DNA from: Acutalibacteraceae bacterium
GTDB taxonomy: Bacteria; Bacillota; Clostridia; Oscillospirales; Acutalibacteraceae
NCBI GenBank assembly: GCA_045126895.1
Contig: JBGVPE010000020.1
Location: 60,306-124,305 of the forward strand
Reading direction: 5' to 3'
DNA length: 64,000 nucleotides
Part shown: positions 20,900 to 29,987 of the stretch, piece by piece
Layout of the letters: each line of letters begins with the position of its first letter
Numbering within the stretch: the first letter of the stretch is position 1
The notes under the pieces: generated by a model
Told to the model about the DNA's origin: nothing
The model's database searches: none
Seen by the model: only the letters and a program-made list of their open reading frames with translations
Program-made: the position numbers and the translations under genes

Positions 20900-22012
20900 A
20901 TGGCAAATAAAATCAAATTCAATAATGGTAAACTTAAAATAATGCATATAACAGACACCCATCTTGATAAAGATTTAATTGACAGGTCTGTATGGCTTAT
21001 TGAGCAGGCATGCGACAGAGAAAGCCCTGATGTAGTAACCGTTACAGGTGATAATGTAACTAACCAGGATAACGCTGAGATAACAAAAGGTTATATCAGC
21101 AGACTTATGAATGTTTTTGAGTCAAGGAACATCCCTGTCGCGGTAACATTCGGTAACCACGATTCAGAAGTTGGTGCCATGTCAAGAAAAGAGCTTATGG
21201 ATTACTACAATACATATACTTGCTCTTTGAGTAACGATGAAACTTCACCTGAATCAGGTACATACAACATACCTGTTATGTCATCTGACGATTCAGAAAT
21301 TAAATTTAACTTATGGATATTCGATTCAGGCGACTATGACAAAGAAGGTCATTACGGATGCGTTACTAAAAAATTGGTGGATTGGTACAAAAACACCTCT
21401 GATGCACTCACCAAAGAGAATAACGGGCAGAAGATTTACTCGTTGGCATTTCAGCATATAATCGTACCTGAAGTTTATGATGCATTAAAGAAAGTTAAAA
21501 GAAGGAAGCTATTTTCATTCAGCCATATGTATAATAAAAAAGATTTTTATACATTTGACCCTGCTGTTAAAAATTTCGGAACATTCAATGAAACACCCTG
21601 CTGCGGATATGAAAACTTCGGTCAGTTTGAAGCTATGGTCGAGAAAGGCGATGTACTTGCAATATTCTCAGGCCACGACCACACTAATGCATTCGGAGTC
21701 AAGCATAAAGGTATTGATATTGTCAACTCATTAAGCACACGATATACAGGCGATGAATTCTCAACACAATACGGCTACAGAATAATCGAGATTGATGAAA
21801 GCTGCACATCTGAATACACAAGCCGTGTTGAGCACTGGTTCAATATGTTCTCTTTTAAAGATGTTTTGTCTTTTAAATCAGATACAGATAATTTTGCCTA
21901 CAAAACTGCATTCAGAGTCAAAATGTTGGGACTTATTCAGAAGTTTTATACACAAGGCGGTCGCTTCGGCGCTGCAATTTTAACAGGCAGAAAAATTTCA
22001 TACAAAGATTAA
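20900..22012 (+). CDS. Calcineurin-like metallophosphoesterase (paralog B, no membrane anchor)
   Basis: HITDTHL, GDNV, GNHD and GHDH blocks. Colinear with paralog A except that the N-terminal TM region is missing. Confidence 0.85.
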   Translation: MANKIKFNNGKLKIMHITDTHLDKDLIDRSVWLIEQACDRESPDVVTVTGDNVTNQDNAEITKGYISRLMNVFESRNIPVAVTFGNHDSEVGAMSRKELMDYYNTYTCSLSNDETSPESGTYNIPVMSSDDSEIKFNLWIFDSGDYDKEGHYGCVTKKLVDWYKNTSDALTKENNGQKIYSLAFQHIIVPEVYDALKKVKRRKLFSFSHMYNKKDFYTFDPAVKNFGTFNETPCCGYENFGQFEAMVEKGDVLAIFSGHDHTNAFGVKHKGIDIVNSLSTRYTGDEFSTQYGYRIIEIDESCTSEYTSRVEHWFNMFSFKDVLSFKSDTDNFAYKTAFRVKMLGLIQKFYTQGGRFGAAILTGRKISYKD

Positions 22013-22058
22013 TTTTAAAAAAATAATATTCTTTTTTTAAAATCACTAATAATAACGC

Positions 22059-22087
22059 TTGAAAAAAAATCTTATTAATGTTATAAT
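22059..22087 (+). promoter_or_regulatory. Sigma-A-type promoter
   Basis: TTGAAA, 17 nt, TATAAT. It lies 33 nt upstream of ATG 22120. Confidence 0.6.
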
Positions 22088-22119
22088 ATTTTGAATTGTT
22101 TTTCGAAAGGAAGTTTAAA

Positions 22120-23244
22120 ATGGAAGCAATAACAGAAACTCTCTCAAGCTTGTCTGTAATCTTCGAAAACATATTAAACGTTGAATTAGGGCAAGTAATT
22201 ATGTGGATTATCGGCGGTGTGCTGGTTTTCCTCGCAATCAAAAAAGAAATGGAACCAACACTTCTTTTGCCTATGGGATTTGGTGCAATTCTTATTAACC
22301 TCCCTGAATCAGGTGCAAAAGCAGTTATCGACCATTTATTCAACATTGGTATTGACAGCCATGAGCTTATGCCGTTGATTCTTTTTATCGGTATCGGTGC
22401 TATGATTGACTTCGAGCCATTGTTAAGCAACCCGAAGCTTATGTTATTCGGTGCTGCTGCTCAGTTCGGTATTTTCTTCACAATGTGTATGGCATCACTT
22501 TTCGGCTTCGAATTACACGATGCTGCTTCAGTTGCTATCATCGGTGCTGCTGACGGCCCTACATCAATTTTCGTTGCCAATATGCTTAACTCAAACTACA
22601 CTGCTGCGATTATGGTTGCCGCCTACTCTTATATGGCTTTGGTACCTATGGTTCAGCCGCCAATCATCAAGCTTTGCACAACCAAAAAAGAGCGCAGAAT
22701 CCGTATGAAGAACGAAGGCAAAAAGGTTACAAAGCTCACAAAAATTCTTTTCCCAATCATTGTTACAGTTATCGTAGGTATGTTTGCACCTGACGCTGTT
22801 GCACTTATCGGTTTCCTTATGTTCGGTAACCTTATCAGAGAATGCGGTGTTCTTAACTCTCTTTCAGACACAGCTCAGAAGGTTCTTGCTAACCTTATCA
22901 CTATCTTCCTTGGTATCACAATCGCTTCAAGAATGACAGCTGACGAGTTCCTTCGTGGTGAAACATTACTTATTATGGGTCTTGGTCTTGTAGCATTTAT
23001 TGTTGATACTTTTGGTGGTATTATGCTCGCTAAGATTATGAACATTTTCTCAAAAACCAAAATCAATCCGATGATCGGTGCTGCAGGTATCTCTGCTTTC
23101 CCAATGTCAGCACGTGTTGTTCACAAAATGGGCCTTGATGAAGATAACCAGAATTTCCTTCTTATGCACGCAATCGGTGTTAATGTTTCAGGTCAGATTG
23201 CTTCTGTTATCGCAGGCGGTCTTATCCTTGCACTTGTTAAATAA
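22120..23244 (+). CDS. Na+-translocating decarboxylase beta subunit (OadB/GcdB/MmdB family)
   Basis: Polytopic protein with family-typical blocks (LLLPMGFGAILIN, IGAADGPTSIF, GAAGISAFPMSARV). I moved the start to ATG 22120 behind GAAAGGAAG; the track start is 22096. Confidence 0.85.
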   Translation: MEAITETLSSLSVIFENILNVELGQVIMWIIGGVLVFLAIKKEMEPTLLLPMGFGAILINLPESGAKAVIDHLFNIGIDSHELMPLILFIGIGAMIDFEPLLSNPKLMLFGAAAQFGIFFTMCMASLFGFELHDAASVAIIGAADGPTSIFVANMLNSNYTAAIMVAAYSYMALVPMVQPPIIKLCTTKKERRIRMKNEGKKVTKLTKILFPIIVTVIVGMFAPDAVALIGFLMFGNLIRECGVLNSLSDTAQKVLANLITIFLGITIASRMTADEFLRGETLLIMGLGLVAFIVDTFGGIMLAKIMNIFSKTKINPMIGAAGISAFPMSARVVHKMGLDEDNQNFLLMHAIGVNVSGQIASVIAGGLILALVK

Positions 23245-23258
23245 TAGGAGGTTGAATT

Positions 23259-23408
23259 ATGAATATCAGTTTAGATAATTTACTTGCTACACTGCCTATT
23301 ATGGGTAAAGGAATGGTTGGTATTTTTGTTGTAACAGCAATTATCATCCTCACAGTTACAGCGCTCAACTATTTAACCTCTCGCAAAGATAATAAAAAGA
23401 ACAAATAA
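23259..23408 (+). CDS. OadG-like small membrane subunit (49 aa; below the track cut-off)
   Basis: ATG 23259 sits behind AGGAGG, 14 nt after the beta-subunit stop. Sequence MNISLDNLLATLPIMGKGMVGIFVVTAIIILTVTALNYLTSRKDNKKNK, with a single TM helix and a basic tail like decarboxylase gamma/delta chains. Confidence 0.55.
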   Translation: MNISLDNLLATLPIMGKGMVGIFVVTAIIILTVTALNYLTSRKDNKKNK

Positions 23409-23493
23409 TTTTTTGACTCCCATGATTATCATGGGAGTTTTTCTTTACAAATAATTTTTGTTTGATATAATGAATTCATAAAGGAGGGTTATT

Positions 23494-25629
23494 ATGAACT
23501 ATTACGATATATATTATCAACCCGGTAACGAACCTGTATTCTGTTACAGAACAGGACTTGCAGTTTATGAAGAAAAGCTTGTAAACGGAGCCCTTGTTTC
23601 TTGCGGATATAACGCATCGGGCTATCCGTTAAATGTGCTTTCAGGTTATCCGTCAAGACTTGACCACACTGATTTTCACGAACCATTTGCATTTAATATT
23701 GAAATTGACGGTCAGAGTATTGACTATTGCCTGAAATTTGTTGACTTCACAACTAATAAAAATGACAATAATATAGAGGGCATACTTACACTTGACAGTG
23801 AAATAAAGCCTGTTCGTCTTAAAATCCATACAATTCTTGACGGTTCACAAATGTTCTCCCGCTTTATTGAGATTGAGAACTTATCTGACAACACCTTGAA
23901 TCTCAGCAGACTTTCTTTGCTCAGTGGCGGCATTGAAGAAATGAATAACGAAAGATTCAATTACACAGGTGAACTTGACAAAATATACTCTCTCGGTTAT
24001 TTTGATAATTGCACATGGGGTAATGAGGGAGATTTCGCATGGCATGATTTACCTGCTTGTGCAGTGAGTATCGATTCCCGTTTTAACAGGGACAGATTCA
24101 GACATCCTCTGATTTTTATCCGTAATAACGTAACGGGTGTTATGTATTTTTCTCAGATTGGCTGGAGTGCAGGCTGCAGATTTACGGTTGATTTTAATGC
24201 ATTCACAACAAGGAACGAAAATTATCTTTCTTTCAAGGCTGAAATCACATCACACAAGCCTATGACAGTAATTTTACCCCACGAAAATTTTGAAACTCCT
24301 CAGGTGCACATGGGGGTTGTTTTTGGCGGACTTGATGATGCTGTGAATGAAATGCATGACCATATACGAAAATCTGTACTCACTATGAAAGAAACTGACC
24401 CTACCCCATGCCATGTTTTTTCAGGAATGGGTGCGGAGCACGATATGTCGGTTGAAACTACAAAATCTTTCATCCGTCAGTTTGCTCAGATGGGAGCAGA
24501 AGCATTTACTGTTGATGCCGGGTGGGTTTGCCCGGTTACTCAAGGTAACATTAACTGGGGTGGCTATAACGGCTTAAATGTACCTGACCCTGACCGCTAT
24601 CCTAACGGAATTGCTGAAATTGTTGACTACTGCCACTCGCAAGGTCTCAAATTTGCTCTTTGGATGGATATAGAAACCTTTGGTGAATTAACAGATTTGA
24701 GAGAAAAGCATCCGGATTGGATGACCGGTGATATTTATGGCAATTCAAGCGGAGGGGCTTTAGACCTGACCTTACCTCACGTTGCACAATGGGCAGAAGA
24801 TGAACTCGCAAGAGTTATTGAAGAATATAAAATTGATATTCTCAGGGTTGACCACAACTTTTCGTTTAACGATTATTTTGCAGTACGCGATTTGGGTACA
24901 GATATAAAAGAATGCTTGTCAATTCGCAGATTTAAAGCAGTTTATCGTATGTATGAGAATCTCAAAAAGAGATTCCCTGATGTTATATTTGAAAACTGTG
25001 CCGGTGGCGGCGGACGAACTGATTTAGGCATAATGAAATACTTTAATCACACATGGGTATCTGACTGTCAGCGTGCACCACGCAGCGTTGTTATTACAAA
25101 CGGTATGACACTTGCACTTCCTCCGGAAAGAGTTGACAGACTCTCTTCAGGTATGGGTTGCCACGAATCAGGCTCACTGGACTTCCAGATGAGAAACACT
25201 ATGCTGACTCATATGACCCTTAATACAATCGCACCTGCTGAGGCTCAGCTTAATCCGATACAGATGGAATTTGTTAAGCACTGCACAGATATCCACAAAA
25301 ACTTCATAAGAAAATTCTTACCGGTTTCAAAGATTTATCATCATACGCCTGAAACTAAAGAAATGTATAAAAAAGGATATTGTGCTATCGAAGTTTCATC
25401 ACCTGACAAGCAACAAGGCGCGATCGGTGTATTCACAATGGCTAACACCTCAAAAAGTGATTATATAATCGCACCTAAAGGTATTGACGAAGGCGTAACT
25501 TATGAAGTTATGCTTGATAACAGCGGTTCAAAATTCATTATAAACGGATATGAATTAAAAGCAAAAGGCATCCCTGTTTCAATCAGCACTTCATTATCTT
25601 CTGAGTTGATTCTCTACAAAGCTTTATAA
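23494..25629 (+). CDS. GH36-family glycosidase (alpha-galactosidase-like)
   Basis: 711 aa. KFALWMDIE, ILRVDHNF (KxDxN-like nucleophile block), ENCAGGGGRTDLG (CxxGGGR signature) and WVSDCQ. Confidence 0.75.
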   Translation: MNYYDIYYQPGNEPVFCYRTGLAVYEEKLVNGALVSCGYNASGYPLNVLSGYPSRLDHTDFHEPFAFNIEIDGQSIDYCLKFVDFTTNKNDNNIEGILTLDSEIKPVRLKIHTILDGSQMFSRFIEIENLSDNTLNLSRLSLLSGGIEEMNNERFNYTGELDKIYSLGYFDNCTWGNEGDFAWHDLPACAVSIDSRFNRDRFRHPLIFIRNNVTGVMYFSQIGWSAGCRFTVDFNAFTTRNENYLSFKAEITSHKPMTVILPHENFETPQVHMGVVFGGLDDAVNEMHDHIRKSVLTMKETDPTPCHVFSGMGAEHDMSVETTKSFIRQFAQMGAEAFTVDAGWVCPVTQGNINWGGYNGLNVPDPDRYPNGIAEIVDYCHSQGLKFALWMDIETFGELTDLREKHPDWMTGDIYGNSSGGALDLTLPHVAQWAEDELARVIEEYKIDILRVDHNFSFNDYFAVRDLGTDIKECLSIRRFKAVYRMYENLKKRFPDVIFENCAGGGGRTDLGIMKYFNHTWVSDCQRAPRSVVITNGMTLALPPERVDRLSSGMGCHESGSLDFQMRNTMLTHMTLNTIAPAEAQLNPIQMEFVKHCTDIHKNFIRKFLPVSKIYHHTPETKEMYKKGYCAIEVSSPDKQQGAIGVFTMANTSKSDYIIAPKGIDEGVTYEVMLDNSGSKFIINGYELKAKGIPVSISTSLSSELILYKAL

Positions 25630-25635
25630 AAAGCC

Positions 25636-25679
25636 AAGACACAATCTGAATTTAAAAGTTCAGATTGTGTCTTTTTTAT
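25636..25679. terminator. Bidirectional terminator between the convergent GH36 and hydrolase genes
   Basis: 15-bp stem AAGACACAATCTGAA / TTCAGATTGTGTCTT followed by TTTTT. Confidence 0.8.
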
Positions 25680-26419
25680 TTATCATTATTTACAATAAAC
25701 TCTATAAGCTTCTCACATTGAGCGTCACTAAGACCTTCTAATGCGTGAGGATGATGATTATAGCCGTCTTTTTCAAAAGTCATAAAAGGAATATCTGTAT
25801 TTTTATATGCATCAATTATCAGCCTTGCATTTTCGTGGCAAAAAACCACATCATCACAATTACCGTAAACAAGACAGGCAGGAATTTTATTTTTAACTAA
25901 TGAAGGAAGATAGTCTAAAGGATGGTCTCTGTAAGCTATTAATTCGGAACGGCTTATTGAAAGAGCTTCGCAAATCTCCTCTTCTTCAATACTCTGATTT
26001 TTGTTTGGCGTACCCATACCGAGTAGACTTAAAATATTCACAACAGGTGCATCAAGGTAAAGAACTGATACATATTCAGGGTAACTACCGGCAAACTTTA
26101 TAGCAAAAAGTCCGCCACAGCTCATACCTACAGGCACACATTTCACCGCAAGTCCGTAAGTCTTGATCAGATAATCACAAAATCTCTTTTTGGCTTCCAG
26201 ATCTTCTCTCAACCCCCAACGGTTGATGTTTTCAACATATGCAAGGTGGTAACCGCTTTTTAAAAGCTCGATTTCTAAATCAGGGAAAGCGTTGAAATAT
26301 TCTGTTTTGAGCATCCAACGATTTTTAGCATTATTTTCATCAGGAAAAACAAGAATAGCTTCTCTGCCTTCAAAAGTAAAATCTATACGTCTGAAACCGT
26401 TCCAGGTTGACTCTGTCAT
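25676..26419 (-). CDS. Alpha/beta-fold hydrolase (esterase-like)
   Basis: 247 aa. GMSCGG nucleophile elbow, a later D and H (GYNHHPH). The start overlaps the mnmA stop by 4 nt. Confidence 0.7.
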   Translation of the reverse strand: MTESTWNGFRRIDFTFEGREAILVFPDENNAKNRWMLKTEYFNAFPDLEIELLKSGYHLAYVENINRWGLREDLEAKKRFCDYLIKTYGLAVKCVPVGMSCGGLFAIKFAGSYPEYVSVLYLDAPVVNILSLLGMGTPNKNQSIEEEEICEALSISRSELIAYRDHPLDYLPSLVKNKIPACLVYGNCDDVVFCHENARLIIDAYKNTDIPFMTFEKDGYNHHPHALEGLSDAQCEKLIEFIVNNDK

Positions 26420-27456
26420 TTTATTATTCCTCCACCGACAACAATATCTCCGTCATAAAAAACAACGGACTGACCGGGTGTAATTGCCCTTTGAGGTATA
26501 TCAAAACGAACCTGAATATTACCGTTTTCAAGAGGAGTAATCGTAGCTTCAGTTTCTTTTTGTTTGTATCTCACTTTTGCCTTGACTTTCATTGACTTAT
26601 CAAGTGACGCTATACTTATCAGGTTCACTTTTTCAGCCTCAAGTGTATCGCAGAAAAGGTCATCGTTACTGCCTAAAATAACCCGGTTTGAAGAAGGATC
26701 TTTTTCAAGCACATAGTACGGTGCAGGGGCAGCTATACCAAGACCTTTGCGCTGACCGATAGTGTAATTGATAAGCCCTTTATGCTTTGCGATAAACTCC
26801 CCTGCTTTATTGACAAAATCGCCCTGCTCAAATTTAGTGTTACACCAACATTCTATAAACGAAGCATATTCACCGTCAGGGATAAAGCATATATCCTGAC
26901 TGTCGTGCTTTTCGGCATTGTCAAAACCCACTTCACGGGCAATATCCCTTGCTGAATCTTTTGTAAATTCACCTAAAGGCAGAATAACACGGCTTAATTG
27001 CTCCTGAGAAAGAGACCACAGCATATAGCTCTGATCTTTTGATTCATCATCTGCTTTTTTTACGATGTACCGACCCGATTGATACTCAACTTTTGCATAA
27101 TGGCCCGTTGCAACATAATCAAATCCCAATTCAACAGCCTTATCGAGAAATCTGCCGAATTTAATATACTTGTTGCAAACTATACACGGATTTGGTGTAA
27201 GACCGTTTTTATATGCCTCAACAAAATCTGTAATGACATATTTTTTGAATTCATCGCTGAAATCAAAAATATTAAGAGGGATACCAAGGTTATCGGCTAC
27301 TCTTTGCGCATCTGCAATATCTTCAGAATTACCGCTGCCCGTATCACCGTAAAGTGACATAATAGCACCTTGTGTTTCATATCCCCGGGACATAATTATA
27401 TTCGCTGCTACAGACGAATCCACACCGCCACTCATAGCAATCAATACTTTTGACAT
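26416..27456 (-). CDS. mnmA: tRNA 2-thiouridine(34) synthase
   Basis: SGGVDSS PP-loop, NPCIxCN, and full-length colinearity with MnmA. Start at ATG 27456 behind AAGGAG; the track start is 27474. Confidence 0.95.
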   Translation of the reverse strand: MSKVLIAMSGGVDSSVAANIIMSRGYETQGAIMSLYGDTGSGNSEDIADAQRVADNLGIPLNIFDFSDEFKKYVITDFVEAYKNGLTPNPCIVCNKYIKFGRFLDKAVELGFDYVATGHYAKVEYQSGRYIVKKADDESKDQSYMLWSLSQEQLSRVILPLGEFTKDSARDIAREVGFDNAEKHDSQDICFIPDGEYASFIECWCNTKFEQGDFVNKAGEFIAKHKGLINYTIGQRKGLGIAAPAPYYVLEKDPSSNRVILGSNDDLFCDTLEAEKVNLISIASLDKSMKVKAKVRYKQKETEATITPLENGNIQVRFDIPQRAITPGQSVVFYDGDIVVGGGIIK

Positions 27457-27525
27457 AACATACTCCTTAAACAAAAGGGAGTCTTACGCCGACATCCGAC
27501 AAGGCATAAGACTCCCTGATAAAAT

Positions 27526-27963
27526 TTATCCGCAATGATCACAATGTTCACAACCGCCTGAGCAAGCACCGAAAATTTCAGGGTCAAGCTCAATGCCGTT
27601 TTTAGTATAATAATCTGCAACAGCTGCTTTAACAGCCTCCTCTGCAAGAACAGAACAATGGATTTTTGCCGGTGGAAGACCATCAAGAGCCTCAACAACG
27701 GCTTTATTGCTTAATTTCAAAGCATCCTCAACAGGCTGACCTTTGATAAGCTCTGTTGCCATTGAGCTTGTTGCAATAGCTGATGCACAGCCGAATGTAT
27801 TGAATTTTACATCGGATATAACACCGTCTTCAATTTTAAGATAAATTTTCATAATGTCGCCGCATTTTGCGTTGCCGACTTCACCGACACCGTCAGCGTC
27901 TTCCATTTTGCCGAGGTTTCTCGGGTTTTCAAAATGGTCCATAACTTTTTTACTATATGCCAT
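27526..27963 (-). CDS. nifU: Fe-S cluster scaffold protein NifU/IscU
   Basis: GNAKCGD, FGCASAIA and C-terminal Cys ligands. 145 aa. Confidence 0.9.
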   Translation of the reverse strand: MAYSKKVMDHFENPRNLGKMEDADGVGEVGNAKCGDIMKIYLKIEDGVISDVKFNTFGCASAIATSSMATELIKGQPVEDALKLSNKAVVEALDGLPPAKIHCSVLAEEAVKAAVADYYTKNGIELDPEIFGACSGGCEHCDHCG

Positions 27964-29147
27964 TATTCATTTTCCTCCTTGATAATACGTTCCCATACAG
28001 GAGACATATCACGCAATCTGCTGACTACCTCAGGCAACTTTTCAATAATATAGTCTGCCTCTTCCATAGTATTGTATTCACTTAAAGAAATTCTCAAAGA
28101 ACCATGTGCAATTTCATGTGGCAGACCCAACGCAAGAAGAACGTGACTGGGGTCAAGTGAGCCTGAAGTACAAGCCGAACCTGATGAACCGCAGATACCT
28201 TTCAAATCAAGGTATAAAAGAAGTGACTCACCTTCTATACCCTCAAAGCAAAAGCTTACATTACCGGGCAATCTTGCTTCTCTGCCGCCGTTTAATCTTG
28301 CTCTCGGTACAACAGAAAGAATTGAATCGATAATTTTATCTCTTATTTCACACATATAAGCAGAATTAGCGTCAATATTTGCACAAGCTTTTTTCAAAGC
28401 TGCAGCCATACCTACAATTGAAGGCAGGTTTTCTGTACCGGGGCGCTTGTTTTTCTCCTGCGCACCGCCGTGCATAATACCTAAAAGTGAAATACCTTTT
28501 CTGCAATAGAGAGCACCTACACCCTTAGGACCGTGAAATTTATGACCTGATAATGAGAGCATATCAATATTCTGCTCTTTAACATCAATTGTAATATGCC
28601 CCACTGCCTGAACTGCATCAGTATGGAAAATTACACCGTTGTCTTTGCAGACTTGTCCGATTTCTTTAACAGGCTGAATTGTGCCGATTTCATTGTTGGC
28701 ATACATAATTGTAACCAGACAAGTTTCTTCTTTAATAGCTGCCTGAACCTGCTGAGGTGTAACATAACCGTCTTCACTGACATCAAGATAAGTAACCTCA
28801 AATCCCTCTTTCTCAAGCTTTTTGAGGGTGTGAAGAACTGCGTGATGCTCAAATGCAGTTGAGATAATATGAGTTTTATTTTTATTAAGACCGATTCTTG
28901 CTGCGTTACGGATAGCCCAGTTATCTGACTCCGTACCGCCTGAGGTGAAATAAATTTCATTCACATCAGCATTAAGGCAATCAGCAACATCCTGACGGGC
29001 GTCAAAAAGAACCTCCGCTGCCTGCTGACCTACATGGTGTAAGCTTGAAGGGTTACCGTATGTGCTGCCGATACAATCGGTCATAGCTTTTATTGCTTCA
29101 GGACACATAGCGGTTGTAGCCGCATTGTCCACATAAACTGTTTTCAT
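27963..29147 (-). CDS. nifS: Cysteine desulfurase NifS/IscS
   Basis: SGHKFHGPKG (PLP Lys) and GSACTSG (catalytic Cys loop). 394 aa. Confidence 0.9.
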   Translation of the reverse strand: MKTVYVDNAATTAMCPEAIKAMTDCIGSTYGNPSSLHHVGQQAAEVLFDARQDVADCLNADVNEIYFTSGGTESDNWAIRNAARIGLNKNKTHIISTAFEHHAVLHTLKKLEKEGFEVTYLDVSEDGYVTPQQVQAAIKEETCLVTIMYANNEIGTIQPVKEIGQVCKDNGVIFHTDAVQAVGHITIDVKEQNIDMLSLSGHKFHGPKGVGALYCRKGISLLGIMHGGAQEKNKRPGTENLPSIVGMAAALKKACANIDANSAYMCEIRDKIIDSILSVVPRARLNGGREARLPGNVSFCFEGIEGESLLLYLDLKGICGSSGSACTSGSLDPSHVLLALGLPHEIAHGSLRISLSEYNTMEEADYIIEKLPEVVSRLRDMSPVWERIIKEENE

Positions 29148-29175
29148 TGATCAATCGCCTGACTTTCAAATAGTT

Positions 29176-29224
29176 ATACCTATACAACAGTAGGTATTAT
29201 ACAATATCAACTATTTCAATTCAA
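29176..29224 (-). promoter_or_regulatory. nifS promoter with an overlapping 7-bp inverted repeat (operator-like)
   Basis: Minus strand reads TTGAAT (29219-29224), 17 nt, TATAAT (29196-29201). The inverted repeat ATACCTA-N8-TAGGTAT (29176-29197) spans the -10 to early transcribed region. Confidence 0.5.
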
Positions 29225-29269
29225 TAGTAATCTCTGTAGAAAAAATATTGCCGATAAAGTTGTTTTTGG

Positions 29270-29974
29270 TTAGTCTTTCCTAATTTTTGCAATTAATGAC
29301 ACGCTGTTTTCAATATCTGCAATTCCGTAAATAACTTTTGAGCCTGAAACCCATCCTTCAAAATGATATCCGTCAGGGCAATAAGCACCTGCATTAGGCA
29401 TATCGGCTGATTCAAGGTCAGAGCCTACAGGCACGGTAAGAGTATCAATCACCTTACCGTCATCAAGGCAAAAATAGATATTACAATGGGTTCTGTTTTT
29501 AAGAACAACCTTTGAAGCATTAACCTGAGCAGGATAAGTTTCCATAACAGTACCGTCATAAGTAACGGTTATATCTCCAAAATTTTTAACATCGTCTGCT
29601 TTGACTTTTTTACCCTCAGAATCAACTACCTTGACATTTTTAAGTCCAATGGTTACTTTATCCGCAGATTCAGCAACGTCACTTTCTTTATCAGGAATCA
29701 ATATAAGCACATCACCTGAAACACTGTCAATCTCAGCGTCAAAGGTATAAATTTTATTCTGCTTTTCTGTTGTAGAGGATGTGGTCTTTTCTGTATCTTT
29801 TTTGTTGTCAGATTCTTTATCATTATTATCATAACCGTTATCTGACTGAACATAAGATGTTGACGATGATGTTGTGCTGTCAACAGGGGTGCTTTCGATT
29901 TTATCACTGAGATAAACAACACCCACTGTTCCCGCAACTGCTAATGCTGCTATAGCAGCAACATATTTTTTCAT
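29270..29974 (-). CDS. Secreted or anchored protein with an S/T/D-rich linker and a C-terminal Listeria-Bacteroides-repeat-like motif
   Basis: Signal anchor MKKYVAAIAALAVAGTVGVV, a low-complexity linker, and C-terminal ...CPDGYHFEGW... typical of the Flg_new repeat. Confidence 0.5.
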   Translation of the reverse strand: MKKYVAAIAALAVAGTVGVVYLSDKIESTPVDSTTSSSTSYVQSDNGYDNNDKESDNKKDTEKTTSSTTEKQNKIYTFDAEIDSVSGDVLILIPDKESDVAESADKVTIGLKNVKVVDSEGKKVKADDVKNFGDITVTYDGTVMETYPAQVNASKVVLKNRTHCNIYFCLDDGKVIDTLTVPVGSDLESADMPNAGAYCPDGYHFEGWVSGSKVIYGIADIENSVSLIAKIRKD

Positions 29975-29987
29975 AAATTATTCCCCT

